From the IMG/VR virus record IMGVR_UViG_3300027736_000024, positions 62,001-126,000 of that record: a stretch of DNA of 64,000 nt. The stretch is one strand, 5' to 3'. The notes beneath the pieces are model-generated. The model was not told the origin of the DNA, ran no database searches, and saw only the letters and a program-made list of their open reading frames with translations. The translations under genes and the position numbers were made by a program. This document shows, piece by piece, positions 8,810-17,747 of the stretch. The stretch is from an uncultured virus (IMG/VR IMGVR_UViG_3300027736_000024). Lineage: Duplodnaviria > Heunggongvirae > Uroviricota > Caudoviricetes. Each line of letters begins with the position of its first letter. The stretch's first letter is position 1.

Positions 8810-8964
8810 TGTCGGGTGGTGAAAAGCGTACGCACGGTAGACACACCCTCTCGTCTCGAGGGCGCTGAATTTGAAATAGGTAATTGGATATGGGTTGACC
8901 ACAAAGCCGGCTATTTTGTCCACTACCGAATCACAGCGTGAAGGTTCAAATCCTTCCTCGACAG
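8810..8964 (+). tRNA. atypical 155-nt tRNA-like RNA (GTC in anticodon position, 77-nt variable region)
   Basis: TGTCGGG/CTCGACA acceptor; GTG/CAC D-stem; CCCTC-TCGTCTC-GAGGG arm; CGCTG/CAGCG-closed insert; GAAGG-TTCAAAT-CCTTC T-arm. Confidence 0.75.
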
Positions 8965-8966
8965 CA

Positions 8967-9287
8967 AGTTATCGTTCTTTGACATATAAGGAGAAATAAA
9001 ATATGGAAACACTATCATTCGTTTTAGGGATAGCATTCATTGTGGTTATAGCTTTAGCTATAGTTGCTACTTATGCTTTCGTTAAAGTAATAAAAGTACA
9101 AAAAGAAATCAATGATCTAGACAGAAGATTTGCAGACATCTATCAGTGTATTGCTGAAGAGAATGCTCAGATTAATCGGAGAGTCGATGATTTTGAAAAA
9201 GAGATATTCTCTCAGTTAGATTCAAGATTAGATAAGTTAGAAAATAAATTAATAATTAAAAAATAAATAAGTTAAAGAACGATAACT
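8967..9287. repeat. 17-bp inverted repeat (8967-8983 / 9271-9287) flanking ORF 9003-9266
   Basis: AGTTATCGTTCTTTGAC pairs with GTTAAAGAACGATAACT (one G.U). Confidence 0.8.
9003..9266 (+). CDS. TM-anchored coiled-coil protein
   Basis: N-terminal TM then heptads; AAGGAG upstream. Confidence 0.7.
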   Translation: METLSFVLGIAFIVVIALAIVATYAFVKVIKVQKEINDLDRRFADIYQCIAEENAQINRRVDDFEKEIFSQLDSRLDKLENKLIIKK

Positions 9288-9307
9288 AAATTTTTAAAAA
9301 TAAGACT

Positions 9308-9556
9308 ATGAATAATCCAATTGAACTTTGTGTAATATGCGGTAAAGAAACTCCTTATAGATTCAATGATCATATTGATCTTAGAATAGGATATGTAGAA
9401 GGATCAGGACAGGGTTGTTATAATCCATCATTATGTAATAATGAAAGAAGTAGAAAACTAATTACTATTAGTGAGCAAACTATATATGATACACCTAATG
9501 ATCAACAATTAGGAGAAATAGTAAGAGCCTTATATTTTAAAAATAAAAATAAATAA
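9308..9556 (+). CDS. hypothetical Cys-containing protein
   Basis: CVICG, YVEGSGQGC. Confidence 0.6.
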   Translation: MNNPIELCVICGKETPYRFNDHIDLRIGYVEGSGQGCYNPSLCNNERSRKLITISEQTIYDTPNDQQLGEIVRALYFKNKNK

Positions 9557-9557
9557 T

Positions 9558-9791
9558 ATGAATCAGCAAAACATGAAATTAAATATTTCATTAGATAAAA
9601 CTACTGGAGTATCATGTGATAGTTGTGAAAATACAACTTTTCAAGAAGCATTAATTTTAAGAAAAGCTTCTAAGTTTTTAACTGGAACAGAACAAGACGG
9701 AATAATTCCTATTCCTACATTTGTTTGTTCTAAATGCGGACATGTTAATGATGATTTTTACCCTAAAGAATTAAGTCGTGACCAAAAATAG
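9558..9791 (+). CDS. zinc-ribbon protein
   Basis: CDSC ... CSKCGH. Confidence 0.7.
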   Translation: MNQQNMKLNISLDKTTGVSCDSCENTTFQEALILRKASKFLTGTEQDGIIPIPTFVCSKCGHVNDDFYPKELSRDQK

Positions 9792-10044
9792 TGACATGTA
9801 CGGAAAAATAACCGAGTATACTTCTGAAAATAGTAGAACTATTTTAAAAGCTGATTCTATTGTTGATTCTATAATAGATCAATTTATTGATAGAGCTAAA
9901 ATAGGAAAAAGAAAATATGGTACTGATCTAGATAGGGAAGATCTATCTTTAGAACAGTGGTTAAATCATGCTATAGAAGAACACCTCGATGCTATTTTAT
10001 ATCTTCAGAAAATTAAGACTATTGTAACCGGTAAACAAAAATAA
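9778..10044 (+). CDS. small all-alpha protein, possibly MazG-like NTP pyrophosphatase fold
   Basis: GKRKYG ... WLNHAIEEHLDAILYL. Confidence 0.45.
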   Translation: MTKNSDMYGKITEYTSENSRTILKADSIVDSIIDQFIDRAKIGKRKYGTDLDREDLSLEQWLNHAIEEHLDAILYLQKIKTIVTGKQK

Positions 10045-10949
10045 TGCCCAAACCAAAAATTGATATTAACTGGGCTTATCAAAAAGCAGTTTCTTATTCT
10101 CAGTATTCTATATATTCTCAATGTCCATATCAATGGTATCTATCTTATATTAAGAAGGAGTCAAGTTTTAAACCTTCTATATATTTGATCTATGGTACTT
10201 CAATACACGAAGTAATTCAAGAGTATCTAAAGACTATGTATGAAAAATCTGGTAAAGCTGCTGACGAATTAGATCTAGATAAACTATTAGAAGATAGATT
10301 AGTATTTAATTATAAGGAAAGTCTTGCAGATAATAAAGGAGAGCATTTTAGTTCTAAAGAAGAATTAAAAGAATTTTTAGCAGACGGCCAAGCCTCTCTT
10401 AGTTGGTTTAAAAAAAATAGAGGCAAGTACTTTTCTAAAAAGAATACTGAGTTATTAGGAATAGAAATTCCTATTTTACAACCTGTTTTAGAAGATATAC
10501 CAAATGTTTTTATTAATGGATCTATTGACTTTATTATCTATGAAAAGATTACAGATACATATACTATTTATGATATAAAAACTTCTACTAAAGGTTGGTC
10601 TGATTATGAAAAGAAAGATCAAACTAAAATAAATCAGATTCTACTCTATAAAAGATTTTATTCTAAAGTTATGAATATCTCTGAGGATAAGGTAGATGTT
10701 AAGTTCTTTATTATTAAAAGAAAAGTATTTAATAGCCCAGATTATCCAACATATAGAGTGCAAGAATTTATTCCCGCAAATGGTAAAAAGAAAGTACAAG
10801 ATGCTGTAGATAGTTTATCTAAGTTTATAAGAGAATGTTTTACCCCAGAATCAAAATATAACACAGATAGAGTCTATACCAAAAATATAAATAGTTGTAA
10901 ATTTTGTCCATATAATGACAAACCTGACTTATGTAATAAAAGTATATAA
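10044..10949 (+). CDS. PD-(D/E)XK nuclease (RecB/Cas4-like exonuclease)
   Basis: SYSQ..QCP, GTSIHE, GSIDF, YDIKT, Q..LY, C-terminal CKFCPY...C. Confidence 0.85.
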   Translation: MPKPKIDINWAYQKAVSYSQYSIYSQCPYQWYLSYIKKESSFKPSIYLIYGTSIHEVIQEYLKTMYEKSGKAADELDLDKLLEDRLVFNYKESLADNKGEHFSSKEELKEFLADGQASLSWFKKNRGKYFSKKNTELLGIEIPILQPVLEDIPNVFINGSIDFIIYEKITDTYTIYDIKTSTKGWSDYEKKDQTKINQILLYKRFYSKVMNISEDKVDVKFFIIKRKVFNSPDYPTYRVQEFIPANGKKKVQDAVDSLSKFIRECFTPESKYNTDRVYTKNINSCKFCPYNDKPDLCNKSI

Positions 10950-11008
10950 ATATATTTTACTTATTTACGTATTTATTTTGTATTTCCATATATTTATTAT
11001 AAAACAAT

Positions 11009-11227
11009 ATGATTGCAAAAACAAAGAGAGTTATTACGTCGGTAAAAATACCGGAAACTCTATATGATGATTTTAAAATAACATCCATTAAAAGTAAAAT
11101 GAATCTTCAAGATATTGTTGAAAGATCTATCTTTATGTATCTAACAGATTCAAAATTTAGACAGACTATTCACGAACAGTACAATACCTACTATACAGGA
11201 TCAAGTTTAATTGAAGCAATAAAATAA
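11009..11227 (+). CDS. putative ribbon-helix-helix DNA-binding protein
   Basis: ITSVKIPETLYDDFK ... LQDIVERSI. Confidence 0.55.
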   Translation: MIAKTKRVITSVKIPETLYDDFKITSIKSKMNLQDIVERSIFMYLTDSKFRQTIHEQYNTYYTGSSLIEAIK

Positions 11228-11232
11228 GTTAT

Positions 11233-12675
11233 ATGATTAATGGTTATATTCCTCAAGCACAAAGAAAAAAAATACTTCTTTTGTGCGATGATATTAGAAT
11301 GACAAGTGGTATTTCTACCATGGCTAGAGAGATAGTAATAGGAACATCTCACGTATTTAATTGGGTAAATTTAGGAGGCGCAATAAATCATCCAGATCAA
11401 GGAAAGCGTCTAGATATTTCTCAGGATACTAATAAAATTATGGGTCTAAATGACACTAGTGTTTTTATATATCCTACTAATGGTTATGGATCTCAAGAAT
11501 TAATTAGGCAACTAATCAGTTTAGAAAATCCAGATGCTATAATGTTTTTTACTGATCCTAGATATTGGATTTGGTTATTTCAAATGGAGAATGAAATTAG
11601 AAAAAAAATCCCAATGATTTATTTAAATATATGGGATGATCTACCTGCTCCATTATATAATAAGCCCTATTATGAATCATGTGATACTTTAATGGCAATA
11701 TCTAAACAAACCCTAAATATTAATAAAATGGTTTTAGGAGATAAGGCTAAAGGTAAAATATTAAAGTATATTCCTCATGGAATTAATGAAAATATCTTTT
11801 TTCCTATTACAGAATTTAATAAGCCTTATCAAGAAGCTTTAGAAAAAAAGAAAGAACAAATATTTGGAAATTTTAAACCTGGATTTGTAGCTTTTTATAA
11901 TGCTAGAAATATTAGACGTAAATGTACATCTGATCTAATTGCAGCATGGGCTGTATTTTGTGATAGTATAGGAAAAGAAAAAGCTAGTACATGTGCCTTA
12001 TTATTACATACACAAAGAGTAGACGAAAACGGGACAGACCTAAATTCAGTAGTTGATCTGCTATGCGATCCTGAATATCAAAAGGTATATTTTTCAGATG
12101 CTAGATTAAATGCAGAGGAAGTTAATCTATTATATAATATGTCTGATGTTACATGCCTGGTTAGCTCTAATGAAGGCTGGGGATTATCTCTAACAGAATC
12201 TATGATGGCTGGAAGAATGATTATTGCAAATGTTACAGGAGGAATGCAAGATCAAATGAGATTCGAAGACGAAAATGGAAATTGGATCAACTTCAATGAT
12301 AAATTCTGTTCTAATCATTTTGGAAAATACAAAAAACATGGCGAGTGGGCAATTCCAGTATTTCCAACTAATATGAGTATTGTCGGATCTATTCCAACTC
12401 CATATATTTTTGATGATCGTTGTGATTTTAGAGACGCGGCAAAAGCTTTAGAAGAAGTTTATAACACGCCTTTAGAAGAAAGATCTAAAAAAGGTTTATT
12501 AGCTAGAGATTGGGTTTTATCAAATGAATCTATGATGAGTGCTAAACATATGTGTGATAATGTTATATGGACTATAAATGAAAGTATAACAACATTTAAA
12601 CCTAGAAAGAAATTTGAATTAATTAAAACAGAAAAATTAGCAAAGAAAAAAATTGTACACCCTTTAGTTTATTAA
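11233..12675 (+). CDS. GT-B glycosyltransferase (GT4-like)
   Basis: IPHGI, RNIRRK, SSNEGWGLSLTESM, TGGMQDQ. Confidence 0.88.
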   Translation: MINGYIPQAQRKKILLLCDDIRMTSGISTMAREIVIGTSHVFNWVNLGGAINHPDQGKRLDISQDTNKIMGLNDTSVFIYPTNGYGSQELIRQLISLENPDAIMFFTDPRYWIWLFQMENEIRKKIPMIYLNIWDDLPAPLYNKPYYESCDTLMAISKQTLNINKMVLGDKAKGKILKYIPHGINENIFFPITEFNKPYQEALEKKKEQIFGNFKPGFVAFYNARNIRRKCTSDLIAAWAVFCDSIGKEKASTCALLLHTQRVDENGTDLNSVVDLLCDPEYQKVYFSDARLNAEEVNLLYNMSDVTCLVSSNEGWGLSLTESMMAGRMIIANVTGGMQDQMRFEDENGNWINFNDKFCSNHFGKYKKHGEWAIPVFPTNMSIVGSIPTPYIFDDRCDFRDAAKALEEVYNTPLEERSKKGLLARDWVLSNESMMSAKHMCDNVIWTINESITTFKPRKKFELIKTEKLAKKKIVHPLVY

Positions 12676-12676
12676 T

Positions 12677-13984
12677 ATGAAACAGTTTTGTGTAATATCA
12701 TGTCCAATAGATACCTATTCAGGTTATGGCGCTAGAAGTAGAGATTTTGTAAAAGCAATATATGAACTTAAAAAAGATGAATATGAGTTCTGTATCGTTA
12801 GTCAAAGATGGGGACAAACTCCATGGGGATATATAAAAGATAACATAGAAGAGTGGGATTGGGTTTCCCCTTTAATTAGTAAAGATGGGCAACTTAACAG
12901 GCAACCTGAAATATGGATACAAATTACTGTTCCTAATGAATTTCAACCAATAGCTACTAAATGTAATATTGGAGTTACAGCAGGTATAGAAACAACTCTT
13001 TGTGACGCTAGTTGGATTCAAGGTGTTAATAGAATGGATATTACATTAGTATCATCTGAACATGCTAAAAAAGTATTTCAACAATCAACATTTGAAAAAA
13101 GAGATGATAAAAATAATGTTATAGAAAGAATTAAATTAGAAAAACCTGTAGAGGTTTTATTTGAGGGATTGGATCTAAATAAATACTTCTATATTCCTGA
13201 TGAAGAGTTAGAGGAGACGGATTTAGTTTTAGAATTAGATGAAATAAAAGAAGATTTTTGTTTTCTATTTGTAGGACACTGGATGCAAGGTGAAATTGGA
13301 GAAGATAGAAAAAATGTAGGTCTGATGATTAAAACTTTTTTTGAAACTTTTAAAGACAAGAAAAATAAACCAGGACTAATATTAAAAACTTCTTCTTTTG
13401 GATCTAGTATTATGGATAGAGAAGAAATATTAAATAGAATTAATATTGTAAGATCTACTGTAGATGGAAAACACCTTCCAAATGTATATTTGCTACATGG
13501 TGAATTAGATGACAAAGATATAAACGATCTATACAATCATAATAAAGTAAAAGCCATGATTAATATAACAAAAGGAGAAGGTTTTGGTAGGCCTCTATTA
13601 GAATTCACAACTTCAAAGAAACCCATTATAACATCAGGTTGGTCAGGACAAATTGATTTTTTAAATCCAGAATTTTCATTATTACTTTCTGGAGAATTAA
13701 AGCCAGTGCATCCTTCCGCACAAGTACCTAATATGATTTTAGGAGATTCTCAATGGTTTAGTCCAAATATTTCTGAAGTAACCCACTATTTAAAAGAGGT
13801 ATTTGAAAAATATGAGAAATTTGAAGAAGGCGCAAAAAGGCAAGCTCAAATATCTAAGACTAAATTTAGTTTTGAAGAAATGAAAAAAGTATTACTTACT
13901 TATTTAGATAAAATACCTAAAAATATACCTTTAAAACTTCCTCAATTAAAAAAAATAGAATTACCAAAATTAAGTAAGGCATGA
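12677..13984 (+). CDS. GT-B glycosyltransferase (GT4-like)
   Basis: SGYG, DRKN, GEGFGRPLLE, WSGQIDF. Confidence 0.88.
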   Translation: MKQFCVISCPIDTYSGYGARSRDFVKAIYELKKDEYEFCIVSQRWGQTPWGYIKDNIEEWDWVSPLISKDGQLNRQPEIWIQITVPNEFQPIATKCNIGVTAGIETTLCDASWIQGVNRMDITLVSSEHAKKVFQQSTFEKRDDKNNVIERIKLEKPVEVLFEGLDLNKYFYIPDEELEETDLVLELDEIKEDFCFLFVGHWMQGEIGEDRKNVGLMIKTFFETFKDKKNKPGLILKTSSFGSSIMDREEILNRINIVRSTVDGKHLPNVYLLHGELDDKDINDLYNHNKVKAMINITKGEGFGRPLLEFTTSKKPIITSGWSGQIDFLNPEFSLLLSGELKPVHPSAQVPNMILGDSQWFSPNISEVTHYLKEVFEKYEKFEEGAKRQAQISKTKFSFEEMKKVLLTYLDKIPKNIPLKLPQLKKIELPKLSKA

Positions 13985-14337
13985 CAAGTTCAGAATTTGT
14001 TTATTGGGTAAAAGGATACCTAGCAGCTCAGACGGATAGTCAATTTAAAATAGATATTGAAAAGGCATTAGATCAAGTAAAAGATTATGATGATAATCCT
14101 GATATTTGGGAAACAGAAGACTGGAATGATTGGTATAATAATGAAACACCATTAACAGGAACAATATCAGGTTCAGGAACAATAGGATGTACTACTAACG
14201 ATTCAAGTAGATATACTACCACTGTATGGAATGATAAAATGGGTTGTTGGCACTATACAAATTATCCTGAAGGATTTGGGTATTACGTAAATAGCACAGC
14301 AGAAAATAAAAAAGAAAAACAACAATTAAATGATTGA
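13981..14337 (+). CDS. hypothetical protein
   Basis: MTSSEFVYWVKGY N-terminus; ATGA overlap. Confidence 0.6.
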   Translation: MTSSEFVYWVKGYLAAQTDSQFKIDIEKALDQVKDYDDNPDIWETEDWNDWYNNETPLTGTISGSGTIGCTTNDSSRYTTTVWNDKMGCWHYTNYPEGFGYYVNSTAENKKEKQQLND

Positions 14338-14773
14338 CAAGTTAATAACATGTGATAAATGTAAAGCAGAAGTTTCTTGCTACGCAACTCCGATTAATGA
14401 ATTTCATAATTCATATACATGTTTAAATTGTGGTTTTCATACCAATGATTTAATGGTAGAAGGAGAATTTAATTTTGAAGAATATGAAGCAGAACTTCCA
14501 GAACTCTATAAAGATATAAAATATAAAGATGAAAAAAATAGAGTGTGGTATCCTCAAGTAATTAATGTAGAAGGTAAAGGAACAGTGTTTGTTAACGGAA
14601 CATCAAAAGATGATTGGAAATGGAGTGGAATTAAAAGTGTGTCATTAACACAAGAAGAAAAACAAAGCGGAAGATTCAAAGATAAAGAGTATAAATCAGA
14701 TTCAAAAACTTTAGAAAATTTTGGAGACAATTATTATGATGCCTGCGACTATGTAGGATTTTTTGATATATAA
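14330..14773 (+). CDS. zinc-binding hypothetical protein
   Basis: CDKC and CLNCG pairs. Confidence 0.65.
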   Translation: MIDKLITCDKCKAEVSCYATPINEFHNSYTCLNCGFHTNDLMVEGEFNFEEYEAELPELYKDIKYKDEKNRVWYPQVINVEGKGTVFVNGTSKDDWKWSGIKSVSLTQEEKQSGRFKDKEYKSDSKTLENFGDNYYDACDYVGFFDI

Positions 14774-14782
14774 AATAGAGTT

Positions 14783-15400
14783 ATGACAATAAGTTATGCA
14801 ATACCAGTTTGTAATGAACATGAAGAATTAGATAGACTATTAAATCTTTTAATAAAAAATAAAAGACCAGAAGATGAAATAGTAGTTCAAGCAGATTTAG
14901 GAAATGCGACAAAAGAAGTCTATAGTGTAATAGATAAATTTATACAAAGTATTAAATTAGTAGAGTTTCCATTAAAAGCAGATTTTGCTACATTTAAAAA
15001 CAATCTAAAAAAGAATTGCTCAGGAGACTGGATATTTCAAATCGATGCAGATGAATACTTAAGTTATCAATTAATACATGACTTGCATTTAATACTGCAA
15101 CAAAATCCTGAAATTGATGTATTTTTATTAGCTAGGATAAATACTGTTGAAGGATTAACTCAACAACATGTAAATACTTGGAGATGGAATGTAAATGAAA
15201 AAGGCCGGGTAAATTTCCCAGATTTTCAAACAAGAATATTACAGAATTCTCCTAAAATAAACTGGGTTAATAAAGTTCATGAAGTATTAACTGGACATAA
15301 TTCATATTCTTTTTTCCCATTAGAAGATGAATATTGTTTGATTCATCCAAAAACAATAGAGAGACAAGAAAAACAAAATACATTTTATAATTTAATTTAG
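14783..15400 (+). CDS. glycosyltransferase family 2
   Basis: ISYAIPVCNE, FQIDADE, WVNKVHE. Confidence 0.88.
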   Translation: MTISYAIPVCNEHEELDRLLNLLIKNKRPEDEIVVQADLGNATKEVYSVIDKFIQSIKLVEFPLKADFATFKNNLKKNCSGDWIFQIDADEYLSYQLIHDLHLILQQNPEIDVFLLARINTVEGLTQQHVNTWRWNVNEKGRVNFPDFQTRILQNSPKINWVNKVHEVLTGHNSYSFFPLEDEYCLIHPKTIERQEKQNTFYNLI

Positions 15401-15402
15401 TT

Positions 15403-16767
15403 ATGAAAGAAGCATATCAAGATTTAGAAGGTTATAAAAATAGTTTAGTTACCGAGAAACAAATTTTAGAATTAGTAGATAAATTTATAAAGCAAAAGCA
15501 TAGTAGAAAATCTTGGGAAGCTGGTAAAGATTGGGTACAATATGCTGGCCCTTATTTTTCCTCAGATGAGTATGTAGCTGCTGTTAAAAGTTTATTAACT
15601 GAGTGGTTAGTATTAGGAGCAGAAGCAAATAAATTTGAAACTAAATTTCCTAAAAAGTTTGGTAAAACTTTTGGTCTATTAGCAAATTCTGGATCTAGTG
15701 CTAATTTACTTATGATGTTAGCATTAACATCTAAAAGAGGGCATAATCTTCCTAAAGGAACAAAAGTAATTACTCCTATTGCAGGATTTCCAACAACAAT
15801 TAATCCTATATTGCAAGTAGGATTTACTCCGGTATTTGTAGATATAGAACTTAAAACTCTTAATCTAGATTTAGATCAAGTAGAAAAAGTTTGTATTGAT
15901 AATCCTGATGCTAAGATTATTACCTTTGCTCATGTACTTGGAAATCCTCCTAATATGAATAGATTAATGGAGATAGTTGAAAAGTATAAATTAATATTAT
16001 TAGAAGATTGTTGCGATGCCTTAGGATCTACGTATGAAGGGAAACCTTTAGGATCTTACGGAGAATTAGCAAGTTGCTCATTTTATCCAGCGCATCATAT
16101 GACTATGGCAGAAGGAGGATTTGTTGCTTGTAAAGATGAAAATACAGAAAAGATTATTAGAAGTTTTAGAGAGTGGGGTCGTGGTTGTTATTGCATTGGT
16201 AAACAAAACTTATTAGAAAAAGGATCATGCGGTTGTAGATTCAATACATGGCTACCATCACTACCTAATGATTTGTTCGACCATAAATATGTCTATGAAG
16301 AGATTGGCTATAATTTGAAACCCATTGAGCTTCAGGCAGCAATTGGATTAGTACAAATGGAAAAACTTGATGAGATTGGTAGACTTCGTAAAGAAAATTA
16401 TAAAAATCTATTTAGTGCATTTAAAAAGTACGAACAATACTTTCATTTACATGAAGCACAACCAGGAGCAGATGTAGATTGGTTCGCATTTCCTGTAACA
16501 CTTAAAGATGATGCACCTTTTAAGAGATCTGATATTTGTCAATTTTTTGAAGCAAATAAAATACAAACAAGACCATATTTTGCAGGAAATATTATGCTAC
16601 AACCAGCGTATGAAGGTTTAATGGATCCAGTAGAAGTTGTTACTAAATTTCCAATTGCAAGGAAAGTAACCACAGATACATTTTTTCTAGGAACATCACC
16701 AGTAATTAATAAACAAAAAACAGATTATATAGAATCAATTTTAGACAATTATATAAATACACTATGA
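15403..16767 (+). CDS. rfbH: NDP-4-keto-6-deoxyglucose 3-dehydratase (E1, RfbH/DdhC)
   Basis: NSGSSANL, HVLGNP, EDCCDALGS, SFYPAHHMT (His instead of PLP Lys), WGRGCYC...C Fe-S ligands, DHKYVY..GYNLK. Confidence 0.9.
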   Translation: MKEAYQDLEGYKNSLVTEKQILELVDKFIKQKHSRKSWEAGKDWVQYAGPYFSSDEYVAAVKSLLTEWLVLGAEANKFETKFPKKFGKTFGLLANSGSSANLLMMLALTSKRGHNLPKGTKVITPIAGFPTTINPILQVGFTPVFVDIELKTLNLDLDQVEKVCIDNPDAKIITFAHVLGNPPNMNRLMEIVEKYKLILLEDCCDALGSTYEGKPLGSYGELASCSFYPAHHMTMAEGGFVACKDENTEKIIRSFREWGRGCYCIGKQNLLEKGSCGCRFNTWLPSLPNDLFDHKYVYEEIGYNLKPIELQAAIGLVQMEKLDEIGRLRKENYKNLFSAFKKYEQYFHLHEAQPGADVDWFAFPVTLKDDAPFKRSDICQFFEANKIQTRPYFAGNIMLQPAYEGLMDPVEVVTKFPIARKVTTDTFFLGTSPVINKQKTDYIESILDNYINTL

Positions 16768-17741
16768 GTAAAAAAAGAGCATTAATAACAGGAATCAATG
16801 GAATGGATGGTTCACATCTAGCAGACTTTTTATTAGCAAGAGGAGACTATGAAGTATTTGGTCTTGAAAGAAGGAAAGCAACGTACTATTCACCAAATAT
16901 TTCACATTTAGCCGGTAAAATCACGCTCTTAAAAGGAGATCTTTCTGATCAAAATTCTTTATTAAGAGCAATAAAAGAATGTGAACCTCATGAAGTTTAT
17001 AATTTAGGAGCTCAATCATTTGTTGGAGAAAGCTGGGCAATGCCAGAACAAACATCTGATATTACTGGTTTAGGTGCATTAAGAGTACTTGAGGCAATTC
17101 GAGAGAATGGTAATAAAGAGATTAAATTTTATCAAGCATCATCTTCTGAGATGTTAGGTAAAAAAGGTGGAGTTGCAAATGAAGAAACTACATTTTATCC
17201 GTGCTCTCCTTATGGAGTATCTAAACTATATGCTCATTGGATTACTAAAAATTATAGGGAGTCTCATGGCATGTTTGCCGTAAGTGGTATATTATTTAAT
17301 CACGAATCAGAAAGAAGAGGACATGAATTTGTTACTCGTAAAATTTCTGATGGTGTAGCTAAAATTCATTTAGGTTTAGCAGACTATATTTCATTAGGTA
17401 ATTTAGATGCTTCTAGAGATTGGGGATATGCGCCTGATTATGTAGAAGGGATGTGGATGATGATGCAACAAGAAAAATCAGATGACTATGTTTTAGCAAC
17501 AGGAGAAACACATTCAATTAGAGATTTTTTAGATAATGCATTTAATTATGTAGGTATACAAGACTGGTCTAAATATATTAAAACAGATCCTAAATTCCTT
17601 AGACCAGTAGAAGTAAGTTATCTTTTAGGAGACGCAAGTAAAGCTAAAAATGTTTTAGGTTGGAAACCAAAAACACCTTTTAAAGATCTAGTAAATATTA
17701 TGGTAAAAAACGATATTAAATTATTAACTCAAAATAAATAA
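16764..17741 (+). CDS. gmd: GDP-mannose 4,6-dehydratase
   Basis: ALITGINGMDG, YNLGAQSFV, YQASSSE, SPYGVSK, ILFNHES, FVTRKI, LGNLDASRDWG. Confidence 0.92.
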   Translation: MSKKRALITGINGMDGSHLADFLLARGDYEVFGLERRKATYYSPNISHLAGKITLLKGDLSDQNSLLRAIKECEPHEVYNLGAQSFVGESWAMPEQTSDITGLGALRVLEAIRENGNKEIKFYQASSSEMLGKKGGVANEETTFYPCSPYGVSKLYAHWITKNYRESHGMFAVSGILFNHESERRGHEFVTRKISDGVAKIHLGLADYISLGNLDASRDWGYAPDYVEGMWMMMQQEKSDDYVLATGETHSIRDFLDNAFNYVGIQDWSKYIKTDPKFLRPVEVSYLLGDASKAKNVLGWKPKTPFKDLVNIMVKNDIKLLTQNK

Positions 17742-17747
17742 ATCAAA

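Noticed and set aside
8741..8923. Minus-strand 60-aa ORF
   Set aside because: Antisense to the tRNA-like RNA and a + strand gene; no protein features
8863..8939. Group I/II intron in the tRNA-like gene
   Set aside because: Far too short, and located in the variable arm
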